Assembly: GCF_963921235.1 (NCBI RefSeq)
Contig: NC_086097.1
Coordinates: 238,454,001-238,518,000 of the forward strand
Source of the DNA: Mobula hypostoma
Lineage: Eukaryota
Direction of reading: 5' to 3'
Length of the DNA stretch: 64,000 nt
This document shows positions 48,510 through 62,178 of the stretch, in pieces. A model generated the notes under the pieces. That model saw only the letters and a list, made by a program, of their open reading frames with translations. It did no database searches and was not told the origin of the DNA. The translations under genes were made by a program, and so were the position numbers. Each line of letters begins with the position of its first letter. Within the stretch, counting starts at the first letter, position 1.

Positions 48510-51340
48510 AAAGGATTCTCAATATCCCTGGATTTCAGTGTTTTAAAAGGGATAGAGAGGGGGTTAAAAGGGGAGCAGGGTTGGCATTACTGGTCAGGGA
48601 AACTATTACAGCTACAGAAAGGGTGGGTAATGTAGCAGGATCCTCTTTTGAGTCAGTATGGGTGGAAGTCAGGAACAGGAAGGGAGCAGTTACTCTATTG
48701 GGGGTATTCTATAGGCCCCCTGGTAGCAGCAGAGATACAGAGGAGCAGATTGGGAGGCAGATTTTGGAAAGGTGCAAAAAAAACAGGGTTGTTATCATGG
48801 GTGACTTTAACTTCCCTAATATTGATTGGCACCTGATTAGATCCAATGGCTTAGACGGGGCAGAGTTTGTTAAGAGAGTGGTGGATATATGGAATGCTCT
48901 GCCCCAGAAGGCTGTGGAGGCCAAGTCTCTGGATGCTTTCAAGAAAGAGATGGATGGAGCTCTTAAAGATAGCGGAATCAAAGGTTATGGGGATAAGGCA
49001 GGAACTGGATACTGATTGTGGATGATCAGCCATGATCACAGTGAATGGCGGTGCTGGCTCGAAGGGCCGAATGGCCTACTCCTACACCTATTGTCTATTG
49101 TCTATAAGTGTGTCCAGGATGGATTCCTGCCACAGTATGTTGACAAGCCAACTAGGGGGAATGCCATACTAGATTTAACGAACTGGGTCAGGGCACAGAT
49201 CTCTCAGTGGGTGAGCATCTGGGGGACAGTGACCACTGCTCCCTGACCTTTAACATGATCATGGAGAAGGATAGAATCAGAGAGGACAGGAAAATCTTTA
49301 ACTGGGGAAGGGCAAATTATGAGGCCATAAGGCTAGAACTTGCAGGTGTGAATTGGGATGATGCTTTTGCAGGGAAATGTACTATGGACATGTGGTCAAT
49401 GTTTGGGGATCTCTTGCAGGATGTTAGGGATAAATTTGTCCTGGTGAGGAAGATAAAGGGTGAAGGAACCATGGGTGACAAGTGAGGTGGAGAATCTAGT
49501 CAGGTAGAAGAAGGCAGCATATATGAGGTTTAGGAAGCAAGTATCAGATGGGTCTATTGAGGAATATAGGGAAGCAAGAAAGGAGCTTAAGACAGGGCTG
49601 AGAAGAGCAAGAAGGGGGCATGAGAAGGCCTTTCCCTTACCTTGTGGTAAAGGGAAACCACAAGGCATTCTTCAATTATGTGAATAACAAAAGGATGACA
49701 GGAGTGAGGATAGGACCGATTAGATATAAAGGTGGGAAGATGTGCCTGGAGGCTGTGGAAGTGAGCAAGGTCCTCAATTAATACTTCTCTTCAGTATTCA
49801 CCAACAAGAGGGAACTTGATGACGGTGAGGACAATATGAGTGAGGTTGGTGTTCTGGAGCATGTTGATATTAAGGGAGAAGAGGTGTTGGAGTTACTTAA
49901 ATACATTAGGATGGATAAGTCCCTGGGACCTGATGGAATATTCCCCAGGCTGCTCCATGAGGCAAGGGAAGAGATTGCTGAGCCTCTGGCTAGGATCTTT
50001 ATGTCCTCGTTGTCCACGGGAATGTTAGCAGAGGATTGGAGGGAGGCGAATGTTGTCCCCTTGTTCAAAAAAGTTAGTAGGGATAGTCTGGGTAATTATA
50101 GACCAGAGAGCCTTACATCTGTGGTGGGAAAGCTGTTGGAAAAGATTCTTAGAGATAGGATCTATGGGCATTTAGAGAATCATGGTCTGATCAGGGACAG
50201 TCAGTATGACTTTATGAAGGGCAGATCGTGTCTAACAAGCCTGATAGAGTTCTTTGAGGAGGTGGCCAGGTATATAGATGAGGGTAATGCAGTGGATGTG
50301 ATCTATATGGATTTTACTAAGGCATTTGACAAGGTTCCACATGGTAGGCTTATCCAGAAAGTCAGAGGCATGGGATCCAGGGAAGTTTGGCCAGGTGGAT
50401 TCAGAATTGGCTTGCCTGCAGAAAGCAGAGGGTCATGGTGGAGGGAGTACATTCCGATTGGATGGTTGTGACTAGTGGTGTCCCACAAGGATTGGTTCTA
50501 GAGAGATTGCAGAGAGACATTGATAGGATGCAGAAGTGGGCTGAGAGGTGGCAGTTGGAGTTCAACCTGGAGAAGTGTGAGGTGGTACACTTTGGAAGGA
50601 CAAACTCCAAGGCAGAGTACAAAGTAAATGGCAGGATACTTGGAAGTGTGGAGGAACAGAGGAACCTGGGGGTACATGTCCACAGATCCCTGAAGGTTGC
50701 CTGCCAGGTAGATAGGGTAGTTAAGAAAGCTTATGGAGAGTTAGCTTTCATAAGTCAAGGGATAGAGTTTAAGAGTCACAGGGTAATGATGCAGCTCTAT
50801 AAAACTCTGGTTAGGCCACACTTGGAGTACTGTGTCCAGTTCTGGTCACCTCACTATAGGAAGGATGTGGAAGCATTGGAAAGGGTACAGAGGAGCTTTA
50901 CCAGGATGCTGCCTGGTTTAGGGAGTATGCATTATGATCAGAGATTAAGGGAGCTAGAGCTTTACTCTCTGGAGAGAAGGAGGATGAGAGGAGACATGAT
51001 AGAGATGTGCAAGATAATAAGAGGAATAGATAGAGTGGATAGCCAGCGCCTCTTCCCCAGGGCACCACTGCTCAATACAAGAGGACATGCCTTTAAGGTA
51101 AGGGGTGGAAAGTTCAAGGGGGATATTAGAGGAAGGTTTTTTAGTCATAGAGTGGTTGGTGCGTGGAATGCACTGCCTGAGTCAGTGGTGGAGCAGATAC
51201 ACTAGTCAAATTTAAGAGACTACTAGACAGGTGTATGGAGGAATTTAAGGTGGGGAGTTATATGGGAGGCAGGGTTTAAGGCTCAGCACAACATTGTAGG
51301 CTGAAGGGCCTGTACTGTGCTGTACTGTTCTATGTTTCTA
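48510..51340 (+). mobile_element. CR1 LINE ORF2 (endonuclease + RT) with internal deletion
   Basis: [41 protein letters not shown]; sequence jumps from GVPQG to ERLQRD so FADD is missing; ttctatg tail. Confidence 0.92.
48873..49103 (+). mobile_element. Short CR1 3' end nested in the CR1 endonuclease region
   Basis: RVVDIWNALPQKAVEAKSL, then UTR and (tattgtc)n tail; flanked by taag. Confidence 0.8.
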
Positions 51341-51507
51341 TATTTCAAAAATCAATATAAATTTTAATGGTTCCTTTTTTAAGTGCACATTTAGTTCAAC
51401 AAAATTCTTGAAATGGAGCAGGTGGTAAAATTCATGAAGTCTACCATAGCTCACTAATGCAAGTGCACTCTGAATGAAACTCTGCAAAATGCTGGCATAA
51501 AAATAGT

Positions 51508-51782
51508 TATTTATTGAGAGATACAGTGTGGAATAGGCCTTTTCTGCCCTTAGAGCCACACCCCCCGAGCAACCCCTAACAAATCTGATTAACAGGACAA
51601 CTCACAATGGCCTATCAACCTGGCTGGAATGTCCTTGGACTGTGGGGTGGAAACTGGAGGACCCGGAGAAAGCTCAAGTATTCCATGAGGAGAACATACA
51701 GAGAATGCTGAGTTTGAACTGTGAACTTTGATGCACTGAGTTGCAATAGCATCGGGCTAACTGCCTTGCCACCATCATGCCC
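51508..51782 (-). mobile_element. V-SINE copy, decayed
   Basis: Similar to 42428-42722. Confidence 0.55.
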
Positions 51783-52594
51783 TTTATTACTAAACTTATT
51801 TGAATTTCACCAAAGTAGATAAATAGGAAAGAGTTGTTGCTGTAATTCTCACCTCAAAATATCAAGAAAAACTAATGAAATAAATACCTTTGACACATCA
51901 GAGACATTTAAGAAATTCTTAGATAGGCACATGGATGATAAAATATGGAGAATTATGTTGGAGGGAAGGGTTAGATTGATCTTAGAGTAGGTTAAAGGTT
52001 AACACAACAGCAAGGCCAAAGGGCTTACTCTACGTTGTAATGTTCTCTGTTCAATGGATGTTTTACAGTCAGCATTTGAAAGGGAGAGAAAAATATAATT
52101 GAATAATCTTCAATAATTTTAACATTAAATGCGTTTTAATTCTGAGATACTTTCTAACATACATGAGAATAATATTGGGGATGAGGGTGGGAAAGTGTCT
52201 TGTCTTCCTGATGTTGCTTAGTGTATTTTGGCTGTGCGTTGCTCTTCTGAATATTGTTTGCACCGAATGTGTGGCAACGCTTGTGGGCTGCTCCCAACAC
52301 ATCCTCGGATTGTGGTGTTTATTAACATAAGTGACATATTTCACTGTATGTTTCAATGTGCATGTGATTAGATTAGATTATGAGGACACTCAGTCCTCGT
52401 TTATTGTCTTTCAACATCTAGGAGGAGTCGAAGTTTTGCGGAAAGGTAGATTCTCCTACGTTTGCTTCTGAATACGGAATCCAAAAGTATTTATCTTGAA
52501 GTATTGTACTGTTAGTATGAACTGTTTCTTCGTGTTACAACTTAATTAATAACATGAGTCCCATATTGTATCTTGCCGACCTTTAAGTAGCAGT

Positions 52595-53030
52595 TTAAAC
52601 CCTTCAACCTGATGGCATGAAAATCGATTTCTCCTTCTGGTAAACAAATTCCATCCCCCCTCCTTTCCTCTATTCCCCACCCTGAGCTTTGAGCTCTTCT
52701 CCCCTGCTTATTACTTCCCTCCAGTGGCCCTCTTCCTTCTCTTTCTCCTCTGGTCCACTCCCCTCTTCTGTCAGATTCTACCTTCTTCAGTCCTGACCTT
52801 TCCCAGTCACCTGGCTTCACCTATCTCCTTCCAGCTAGTCTCTTTCCTCTCCCTACACTTTTTTACTCGGGTATCTTCCCCTTCCCTTCTCAGTTCTGAA
52901 TAACGGTTTCAGCCCGAAAAGTCGACTGTGTATTCTTTTCCATAGATGTTGCCTAACCTGCTGAGATCCTACAGTGTTTTGTATGTGTTGCTTCAGACTT
53001 CCAGTATCTGCAGACATTCTTGTGTTTGTT
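52595..53030 (+). mobile_element. Older PLE 3' fragment with decayed hammerhead
   Basis: LQPDGMKIDFSFW* ORF end; cagttctgaataacggtttcagcccgaaaagtcgactg; shared pLTR tail. Confidence 0.7.
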
Positions 53031-53319
53031 CTTGTCATTAAGTGCCTTTATTGAGGAAAATGCACATACAAAACTCTGAATAATTAACTCACAAAGCCAC
53101 TGTGCACGTACCTCACCCACCTCCTGAATATTTTAACTACATAACTGTAAAGATCTGTATCACATGTCAGTTGAGGAAAGGGTGATCAATCTATGGGCAC
53201 ATTCTGCTTTTTTATCATGTATGTAACGATCCTCTCCCCAAAACAGGAGTTTCCAGATATTTCACACTTATTATCTGGTCACCTTGTATTTTTAAAAGAA
53301 TATAGTTGTTCTTCCAAGT

Positions 53320-53760
53320 AAACATTGACTTCTCTAACTTCCATTTATGCCCCTCCCCCCGTTCTTACCCCATCCCTTATTTATTAATTAATTTATTATT
53401 TTTTCCTTTTATTTTTCTCTCTTTCTCCTCTCTCTGTCCCTCTACAATAACTCCTTGCCTGCCCTCCATTTTCCTCTGGCGCTCCCCTCCCCCTTTCTTT
53501 ATCCCTAGGCCTCCTGTCCTATGATCCTCTCCCTTCTTCAGCCTTGTACCCTTTTGCCAATCAACTTTCCAGCTCTTAGCTCTATCCCTCCCCCTCCTGT
53601 CTTCTCCTATCATTTCGGAACTCCCCCTCCCACTTTCAAATCCCTTATTATCTCTTCTTTCAGGTAGCCCTGATGAAGGGTCTCGGCCTGAAACATCGAC
53701 TGTGCTTCTTCCTATGGATGCTGTCTGGCCTGCTACGTTCCACCAGTATTTTGTGTGTGA
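53320..53760 (+). mobile_element. PLE 3' fragment
   Basis: aacattgacttctctaacttc ORF end, UTR similar to the 1885 copy, hammerhead and pLTR tail. Confidence 0.8.
53665..53702 (+). ncRNA. Minimal type I hammerhead ribozyme (partly decayed)
   Basis: TAGCC-CTGATGA-A-GGGT(CTCG)GCCT-GAAA-C-ATC/GACTG; core intact, one stem I mismatch. Confidence 0.62.
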
Positions 53761-53814
53761 AACTGCTATTAGACCCATAATTAAGCTAATAATTCATTTT
53801 TTTTACTTAATGCT

Positions 53815-54190
53815 AATTTTTTTTTCTCTGCTCAAGCTGGTAAAACTTGAGATATAGGCAAAACCAAGCACTATCATTTCTCAATGGCTAGGAACTTCTT
53901 GGATTATTCTAGTGGTGTTTAGTATTGTGGCTTTCCGGAGATTCCAATAACTATTGCTGTGTAGGCTTAATTGTTTAATGATATTTTGTGGCACCTTTGA
54001 GATGATACCAGTGTAGATATTATTATTGGGACAATGTTCCATAGTCTTTCAATTTCCTCTTTTAATTCGGCATATTTCTGGTGTTTTTCACTTACTGATT
54101 TCTGTAAGTTATGTGTGTTTGGAATGGTTATATCTATTAAGTAAGTTGTTCTTGCTTGTTTATCCTGTAATATTATATCCACATGATTCT
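53815..54190 (-). mobile_element. R4/Dong-like non-LTR retrotransposon 3' end (restriction-like endonuclease)
   Basis: NHVDIILQDKQARTTYLIDITIPNTHNLQKSVSEKHQKYAELKEEIERLW fits the (P)D-x-D...K..KY..L RLE pattern; short UTR and poly-A. Confidence 0.75.
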
Positions 54191-54283
54191 TTAAAATAAT
54201 TATTATATGTATTATAACTGTGATTTTTATTATTATTAATTTAACAGAATTATTAGTTAATTTCTTAATAGAATAAATAGAGG

Positions 54284-54770
54284 ACTGTGCAAAAGTCTTA
54301 GGCACATCGATATAACTAGGGTGTCCAAGACTTTTGCACAGTGTTGTATTTGTAAATGTGGAGCAGAGAGCGAGTCTGTAAATCTGGTGGGAGCAAAGGA
54401 TGTAGGGAATGGCGAGAATGGAGCTTCATGGGAGTGGTGTGGGACAGGTGGCTGAGGAGGAGTGCCAAGGAAACCATGGCGGTGCCTGCGCAGACACACC
54501 CAGCCCTGAGACAACAGGCAAGGTTATTGATTCCAAACAATTGGTTTATTTATCATTGCAGAATGTCTGTCTGGTGCTTCTCACTCCCTCCCCTTTCCCT
54601 AACCCTCTTCCCTGCCCCCTTCTCAATCTCAGTCCACAAGAGAGACCCATATGAGAATCAGCTTTATCATTACTCATATGTCATGAGTTTTCCCTTTTGT
54701 GACAGCAGTACAGTGCGATACATAAAATTACTACAGTATTGTGCAAACGTCTTAGGCACCATAGCTGCAT
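54284..54770. mobile_element. Tc1/mariner-like MITE with palindromic termini, copy 1
   Basis: ctgtgcaaaagtcttaggcac...gtgtccaagacttttgcacag hairpin; internal region homologous to 63378-63920. Confidence 0.7.
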
Positions 54771-55285
54771 AGAGTCATCAGGAGTACAGCACAGAAACAT
54801 CTTTCGCCCATCTAATCTGTGCCAAACTCTTTACGTTGCCTACTCCCATCGACCTGCACCGGGAGCACAGCCCTCTCTTTCTCTACTATCCATGGCAGCG
54901 TGTTCACATTCTGATGACCCCCTGAGTAAAGAAGTTTCTCCTCATGTTCTACTTAAATGTTTCACGTTTCATCCTTAACCGCTCACCTCTAGCTGTAGTC
55001 CCATCCAATCTCAGTGGGAAAAGTCTGCTCGCATTTACCCTATCTATACCTCGCATAATTTTGTACACCTCCATTAATTCTTCTCTCAATATCTACATTC
55101 CAAGTAATAAAGTCCAAACCTATTCAATCTTTCCTTATAACTCAGGTCATCCAGACACGGAAATATCTTTGTAAATTTTCTCTGTACTCTTTCAACCTTA
55201 TTTACATGTTCCTGTAGGTAGGTGACCAAAACTGCACACATTACTCCAAATTAGGCCTCACCAACATCTTATACAACTCCAGCCT
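54770..55285 (-). mobile_element. CR1 3' end
   Basis: Homologous to 56434-57010. Confidence 0.8.
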
Positions 55286-55346
55286 AGGACTTATATACTA
55301 TGAAATATAAATGTTAATTATTATTGTTAAAATATCAATTATTATT

Positions 55347-55852
55347 CATAGTCATAGTCATACTTTACTGATCCCGGGGGAAATTGGTTTCGTTGCAGTT
55401 GCACCATGAATAAATAAATAGTAATATGTAAATTATGCCAGGAAATAAGTCCAGGACCAGCCTATTGGCTCAGGGTGTCTGACCTTCCAAGAGAGGAGTT
55501 GTAAAGTTTGATGGCCACAGGCAGGAATGACTTCCTATGACGCTCTGTGTTGCATCTCGGTGGAATGAGTCTCTGGCTGAATGTACTCCTGTGCCCAACC
55601 AGTACGTTATGTAGTGGATGGGAGACATTGTCCAAGATAGCATGCAACTTGGACAGCATCCTCTTTTCAGACACCACCGTGAGAGGGTCCAGTTCCATCC
55701 CCACAACATCACTGGCCTTACGAATGAGTTTGTTGATTCTGTTGGTGTTTGCCACCCTCAGCCTGCTGCCCCAGCACACAACAGCAAACATGATCGCACT
55801 GGCCACCACAGACTCGTAGGACATCTTCAGCATAGTCCGGCAGATGTTAAAG
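55347..55852 (-). mobile_element. Rex1-type LINE 3' end, well preserved
   Basis: YESVVASAIMFAVVCWGS..INKLIRKAS..ILDNVSHPLH..CNTERHRKSFLPVAIKLYN with an uninterrupted frame; (tatgac)n tail. Confidence 0.85.
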
Positions 55853-56433
55853 ATGTAAAGATGTATCATAAATGTGTATATTAATATTCAAAGGTAATTA
55901 TTAATTTTGTGAAAACATTCCACTTCCTAGACACCTTAGAAGAAAAATCAATCTTTAATCACAAATACTGAACACCTGTGAAATTATTAACTGGTAATTA
56001 TATTCACATTCTCCATTCCAGCAACAGAAGTCTAGCAGCTTTCAAAGTTGAAAGCTATTTTGACCCAAATAATATATTGCACAATTTTTTTTATATAAGT
56101 AGTCAGGATCGAATACAACTCTAATTTTAACTTCACTTGCACCATCATTGCAATATACCTATGGGCTCACCACTTTCAAGGACTCTTCACCATGTTCTCA
56201 ATATTTGTTGCTTTTATTTATTTATTATTATTTCTTCCCTTTGCATGTGCACAGTTTGTTGTCTTTCGCACACTGGCTGAACATCCAAGTTGCTGAGATC
56301 TCACATTGACGCTATTTTGGATATTATTCTACTATGGATTTATTGAGTAGATACAATCTCAGGGTTGTATATGGTGACATATATGTACTTTGAGAATAAA
56401 TTTAGTTCGAACTTTGAGCTGACGGGTATAAAA

Positions 56434-58112
56434 ACCATAGAAACCATAGAAACTACAGCACAGAAACAGGCCTTTTGGCCCTTCTTGGCTGTGCCGAACC
56501 ATTTTCTGCCTAGTCCCACTGACCTGGACACAGACCATATCCCTCCATACACCTCCCATCCATGTATCTGTCCAATTTATTCTTAAATGTTAAAAAAGAA
56601 CCCGCTTTTACCACCTCAGCTGGCAGTTCATTCCATACTCCCACCACTCTCTGTGTGAAGAAGCCCCCACTAATGTTCCCTTTAAACTTTTCCCCCCTCA
56701 CCCTTAACCCATGTCCTCTGTTTTTTTTCTCCCCTTGCCTCAGTGGAAAAAGCCTGCTTGCATTCACTCTATCTATACCCATCATAATTTTATATACCGC
56801 TATCAAATCTCCCCTCATTCTTCTACGCTCCAAGGAATAAAGTCCTAACCTATTCAACCTTTCTCTGTAACTGAGTTTCTCAAGTCCTGGCAACATCCTT
56901 GTAAACCTTCTCTGCACTCTTTCAATCTTATTTATATCCTTCCTGCAATTTGGTGACCAAAACTGAACACAATACTCCAGATTCGGCCTCACCAATGCCT
57001 TATACAACCTCATCATAACATTCCAGCTCTTATACTCAATACTTTGATTAATAAAGGCCAATGTACCAAAAGCTCTCTTTACGACCCTATCTACCTGTGA
57101 CGCCACTTTTAGGGAATTTTGTATCTGTATTCCCAGATCCCTCTGTTCTACTGCACTCCTCAGTGCCTTACCATTAACCTTGTATGTTCTACCTTGGTTT
57201 GTCCTTCCAACGTGCAATACCTCACACTTGTCTGTATTAAACACCATCTGCCATTTTTCAGCCCATTTTTCCAGCTGGTCCAAGTCCCTCTGCAGGCTCT
57301 GAAAACCTTCCTCATTGTCTACTACACCTCCAATCTTTGTATCATCAGCAAATTTGCTGATCTAATTTACCACATTATCATCCAGATCATTGATATAGAT
57401 GACAAACAACAATGGACCCAGCACTGATCCCTGTGGCACACCACTAGTCACAGGCCTCCACTCGGAGAAGCAATTCTCTACCACCACTCTTTGGCTTCTA
57501 CCATTGAGCCAATATCTAATCCAATTTACCACCTCTCCATGTATACCTAGCGACTGAATTTTCCTAACTAACCTCCCATGCGGGACCTTGTCAAAGGCCT
57601 TACTGAAGTCCATGTAGACAATATCCACTGCCTTCCCTTCATCCACTTTCCTGGTAACCTCCTCAAAAATCTCCAATAGATTGGTCAAACATGACCTACC
57701 ACGCACAAAGCCATGTTGACTCTCCCTAATAAGTCCCTGTCTATGCAAATGCTTGTAGATTCTGTCTCTTAGTACTCCCTCCGATAACTTACCTACTACC
57801 GACGTTAAACTCATCAGCCTATAATTTCCCGGATTACTTTTCGATCCTTTTTTAAACAACGGAACAGCATGAGCCACTCTCCAATCCTCCGGCACTTCAC
57901 CCGTAGACAGCGACATTTAAAATATTTCTGCCAAGGCCCCTGCAATTTCAACACTAGTCTCCTTCAAGGTCCGAGGGAACACTCTGTCAGGTCCCGGGGA
58001 TTTATCCACTTTAAATTTCCTCAAGACAGCAAGCACCTCCTCCTTTTCAATCTGTACAGTTTCCATGACCTCACTACTTGATTCCCTCAATTCCATAGAT
58101 TTCATGCCAGTT
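56434..58112 (-). mobile_element. Young 5'-truncated CR1 LINE
   Basis: Three in-frame ORF pieces (57917-58189, 57362-57916, 56510-57283) separated by two stops; (ccatagaaa)n tail. Confidence 0.95.
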
Positions 58113-60179
58113 TCACTTTTTCTGTGTACACTTTTTCTTTTCTTGACACCAAGGTTGACATATATTATGATTTGTTGTAAATCTGTCATTTTTAACCAAA
58201 GTTATCACTTAAATGTTGAAGTGTATAATATTCTACAGTTCCTGCACCACCACACACATTTAGTTGTTGCTGTAAAATGTATGTTGTATAATCAAAATCC
58301 AAGAGTGATATGGATTCATTTTTGCTCAGGACCCTAACTTCTAAAATTATTGTCAGCCATCACCAGATAACAATCTTGCTTCTAAGTTATAAACTCAAGC
58401 ACTTCCATGACTTCAGCACATTATTGGGGATGATATGTTACATTCGACTGAAGGATTGCTGAAGAGTTATCCGGTTCAGTTGAGACATTATCCTGGAGTC
58501 CTGCTTGCTTGCTGGAATATTACGGATCTCATGACTCAATTTAAACATGAGGGACAGAGTACCCTGACCAACATCCCCACTCTAATCTGTGAAAACAGAG
58601 TTACTAGCCAAAAAGAGGATATCTATGGGATCCTTCTGTGTATGATTTACTTCAGTTGATAACATGATAATATTTGCTGCTTCTCAAGGTTATTGCCGTG
58701 TGTTTTGGGATCTTTCTTACAAAATGGCAAGCAAATGGTACTAGCACGGAGATAGTCGTGGTCACCATGGATCAGTTGGGCCAAAAGGCCCGTTCCTGTG
58801 CAGTAATTCTCTATGACTGTAATGGAGAAAGCACTATATACTGTAAATACATAAAACATTGAAACAGATATTGGATCAAATACTCAGCAGATCCAGGATT
58901 CTCTGATTTTGTTTCAGAATTTCAGCATCAGCAATTTTTGCTTTTCTATACATATGTGTTCCAGTCTTACCAAGGGAAAACTTAAAGTCTAAATCAATTC
59001 TTCAGAAACAGTCTTGAGTTTATATTTGATTTGAAGTGTATTTAAAAGGCTCTTTAGAAAATTAGACCCGATATTGTGCAAATGCCCATTAGAAGGCAAG
59101 TTTATTTACTTAGAGAAGATCTCTAAAGAAATTAAGTTTAACTTAATATATTTGCACCTTTTAATATATCTGTAATGTTTCTGTTTTAACAATCTTTCAG
59201 AGGTACATATGAATAACCAAGGTAATTAATTATGAAGTGTAGAAGGAGGAAACCTTTATGTCGAAGAAAAGTGAGCAGATTTTGTTTGCGTCATTAGATG
59301 GAATGGAGGGCAAAGATTATTACTGAGAACTTACACTGACTGAAATTGATGTCCACAAAACTGAATTTCTATGTAGAGTTATTATGGGTAAAGAGGGGAG
59401 AAAGAAAAAAGCAACTCCCAATTGTCACTGTGTCATTTTATGTGCCTTTGAAGATGAAGGAAGAAGAACTGTGTTTATTCCTGGGAGAATTCCATTTCTC
59501 AATAACATGCAGACCTATCAATGCAGAAGATTCAGTTTTGACAGACTAGTTATGTGAGTTACATTAATTTCGCATCCTGCCTGTCAACATTTACATCTCT
59601 GCTTTGAAAGATCTCTGTTGACACTGAACAGGGAAAAAATATTTTTGGGTATACATTATGGGAAAACAAACTTGGAAAATGTAAAAGAATATTCCTCAAT
59701 TGTGGAGCCTTCATTTTTTTGTGTATACTATAACAACGCCAAATCAAACCACAAATATTCAGGAGGTTCACGTATCTTTCATCTGGGATAATGTGGCTTT
59801 CTTTTCCCAAAATAACATCAGGATGTCTCAAAACATCTCACGGTTCTTCAATGAGGGAACTTGTGCAAAAATTGACCATCAGTTTGCAGGAGTAATATGA
59901 ATTGCCTTGTGGCACTTAAGTCAAAAAGTCCAAGTCAAAGTAAGTTTAGTACTTAGATGTCACCATATACTACAATAAGATTCTTTTTTTTGCAGGTATT
60001 TACTGGAAAGTAAAGAAATACAATAAAATTAATGAAAAATTATAAATAAACAAAAACTGACTAGCAAATTTAGGGATCATGAGAAGCACTTTATTTTAGC
60101 TGTTCAGACATAGGATTGATTAAATTTCTCACTTGGTAACTTAACTTGGAACAGAAATGGGGAACAATAGATTGAATGA

Positions 60180-60575
60180 TCCCTCTCTCCCTCGATGCTG
60201 TCGGGGGACGGTGTCAGAGCAAGGTTTAATCGATGCGGTCTGTGGATTGGACTGCAGTTGAGATTACGATGTGTTTTCTGGTTTATGGTTTCTCCTTTTT
60301 CTGTTGCTGTTTTTGGGCGACTGAGTCGGGGGTGGGGGGGTGGCTGCTGCAGTTAATGAACACTGAGCCTAAACGAATATGGACTCTTACGTTTTTTGTG
60401 TTTTTGTTCATTCTTTTTTTTTTGCCATTTACACAATTTGTTTCTTTGCATGTGGCGGGGTGGAGATGTTGATGCTTTTCTTTGAATGTGTTGCATGGCT
60501 TTCTGTGAGGAGACGAATCTCAGGGTTGTATACTGCATACATAATTTGATAATATAATATAATACTTTGAATCCT
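60180..60575 (+). repeat. Second copy of the unclassified repeat at 8560
   Basis: Shared motifs and tail. Confidence 0.5.
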
Positions 60576-61546
60576 TTTTGAATAATTAGTTGCAATACAA
60601 ATGTGATTGGTTGTTGGCAGACATTCACGCAGTTGGCTTTGATTAAGGTCGGGCAGTATGGGAAGGATATCAGTTAACAGTAGAATCAAGGTGGTCAGAG
60701 CCTAAGGTACACTGTACATGCATATCAAAGGAACAGCCAATCAGATATTCAGGAACAATTATTGATGAGGCTGGTATCCATCTTACATTTCTGGGTGACA
60801 TGTAACCAGGAATATATATATTCTTGGAATCACTGGAGCATGGAAAGAGGCCATTTGTCCACTGAGCACGTATTGGCTTTTTCCTACTACATGTAGTTCC
60901 ATTCTCAAATTCTAACCTCATTGCTCTGCTATACTTTCTCACTCAGGTACCTCTTCAATTCCAGGACGACCAATAATTAAGGTGCATCATGTACCAGTAG
61001 TTGGGTATTCAACGGTTGAGGGTATAGACAAACTCCAATTGACATGTTAGCTGAGTGTTGAGATGACTAAGGACCACTTCTGTAGAAAAATTTACCAAGA
61101 ACGGTCATTGTCACCATGATGTCTACGTCATAAGACACAACGCACAATGATGATGATGATGAAAGACACAGATCACATAAAAAAGACTTCTTGAAAGGCA
61201 ACTAAAAGTTATAGACAATGCTGTCCATTGATCTGGATAGAAATGATTTGAAAATGTAGATTTAATTTAAAGTACTTGACATTAAAGAGAAAAATAAAAC
61301 CTCAAATGTGATTATTTCACCATTTCTTCCTATACCACAAACTAAAAATTTTAAGTTAGGAATCATTCAGAAGATCATGTTTATAGGGAGAGTACAGGAA
61401 GGAAAGGTTTGCATTTGCATTCTTGGGAAGTTCTGGAACAGGTTAGGTTATTGTGAAGGAACTACCTTCAAATGAAACAAGACAACAAAACTCCAACGAT
61501 GTCTTTGCAAATGAAATAAATGTAAGCAGAATGATATACATTGTTG

Positions 61547-62178
61547 AGCACTTTATTAAGTATATCCTGTACCTAATAAACTGGCCACTGAGTGTATATT
61601 GAATGTCTTCTGCTGCTGTAGCCGATTCACATCAAGGTTTGACATGTTCTCTGTTCAGAGATGCTCTTCTGTACACCACTGTTGTAACATGTGGTTATTA
61701 GAGTTATTGTCACCTTCCTGCTAGTTTGAAGCAGTCTGGCTGTTTGCTTCTGAGCTCTCTCAATAACAAGATGTTTTTGTCCGCAAAACTGCTGCTCACT
61801 GGATTTTTGTTTTGCTTCGCTCTGTAAACTCTAGAGCAGGGATTCCAATTTTTTTAATGCCATAGACCCCTACTGCTAACCTTGGGGTCTGTGGACCCCA
61901 GGTTGGGAACCCCTGCTCTAGAAAGTTGTGCTTGAAAACCTCAGGAGATTAGAAGTTCTGAGATGCTCAAACCACCCCACCTGGCACCAACAATCATTCC
62001 ATGGTCAAAGCCACTTAAATCAGATTTCATCCCCTTTCTGATATTTGGTCAGAACAACATTTGAACCCGTTGACCATGTTTTTATACTTTTATGCATTGA
62101 GTTGCAGCCACTTGATTGGCTAATTAGATATTTGCCCTAATGGGGAGGTGTACAGGTGTACCTATTAAAGAGGCCACC
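61547..62178 (-). mobile_element. Non-autonomous Tc1-like element
   Basis: Termini cactttattaagta / tacctattaaagaggccac; homologous to the 5718 and 29680 copies. Confidence 0.78.
61837..61915. mobile_element. 79-bp hAT (Charlie-like) MITE
   Basis: TIRs cagggattccaa / ttgggaacccctg; 8-bp TSD ctctaga(g/a) at 61829-61836 and 61916-61923. Confidence 0.85.
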
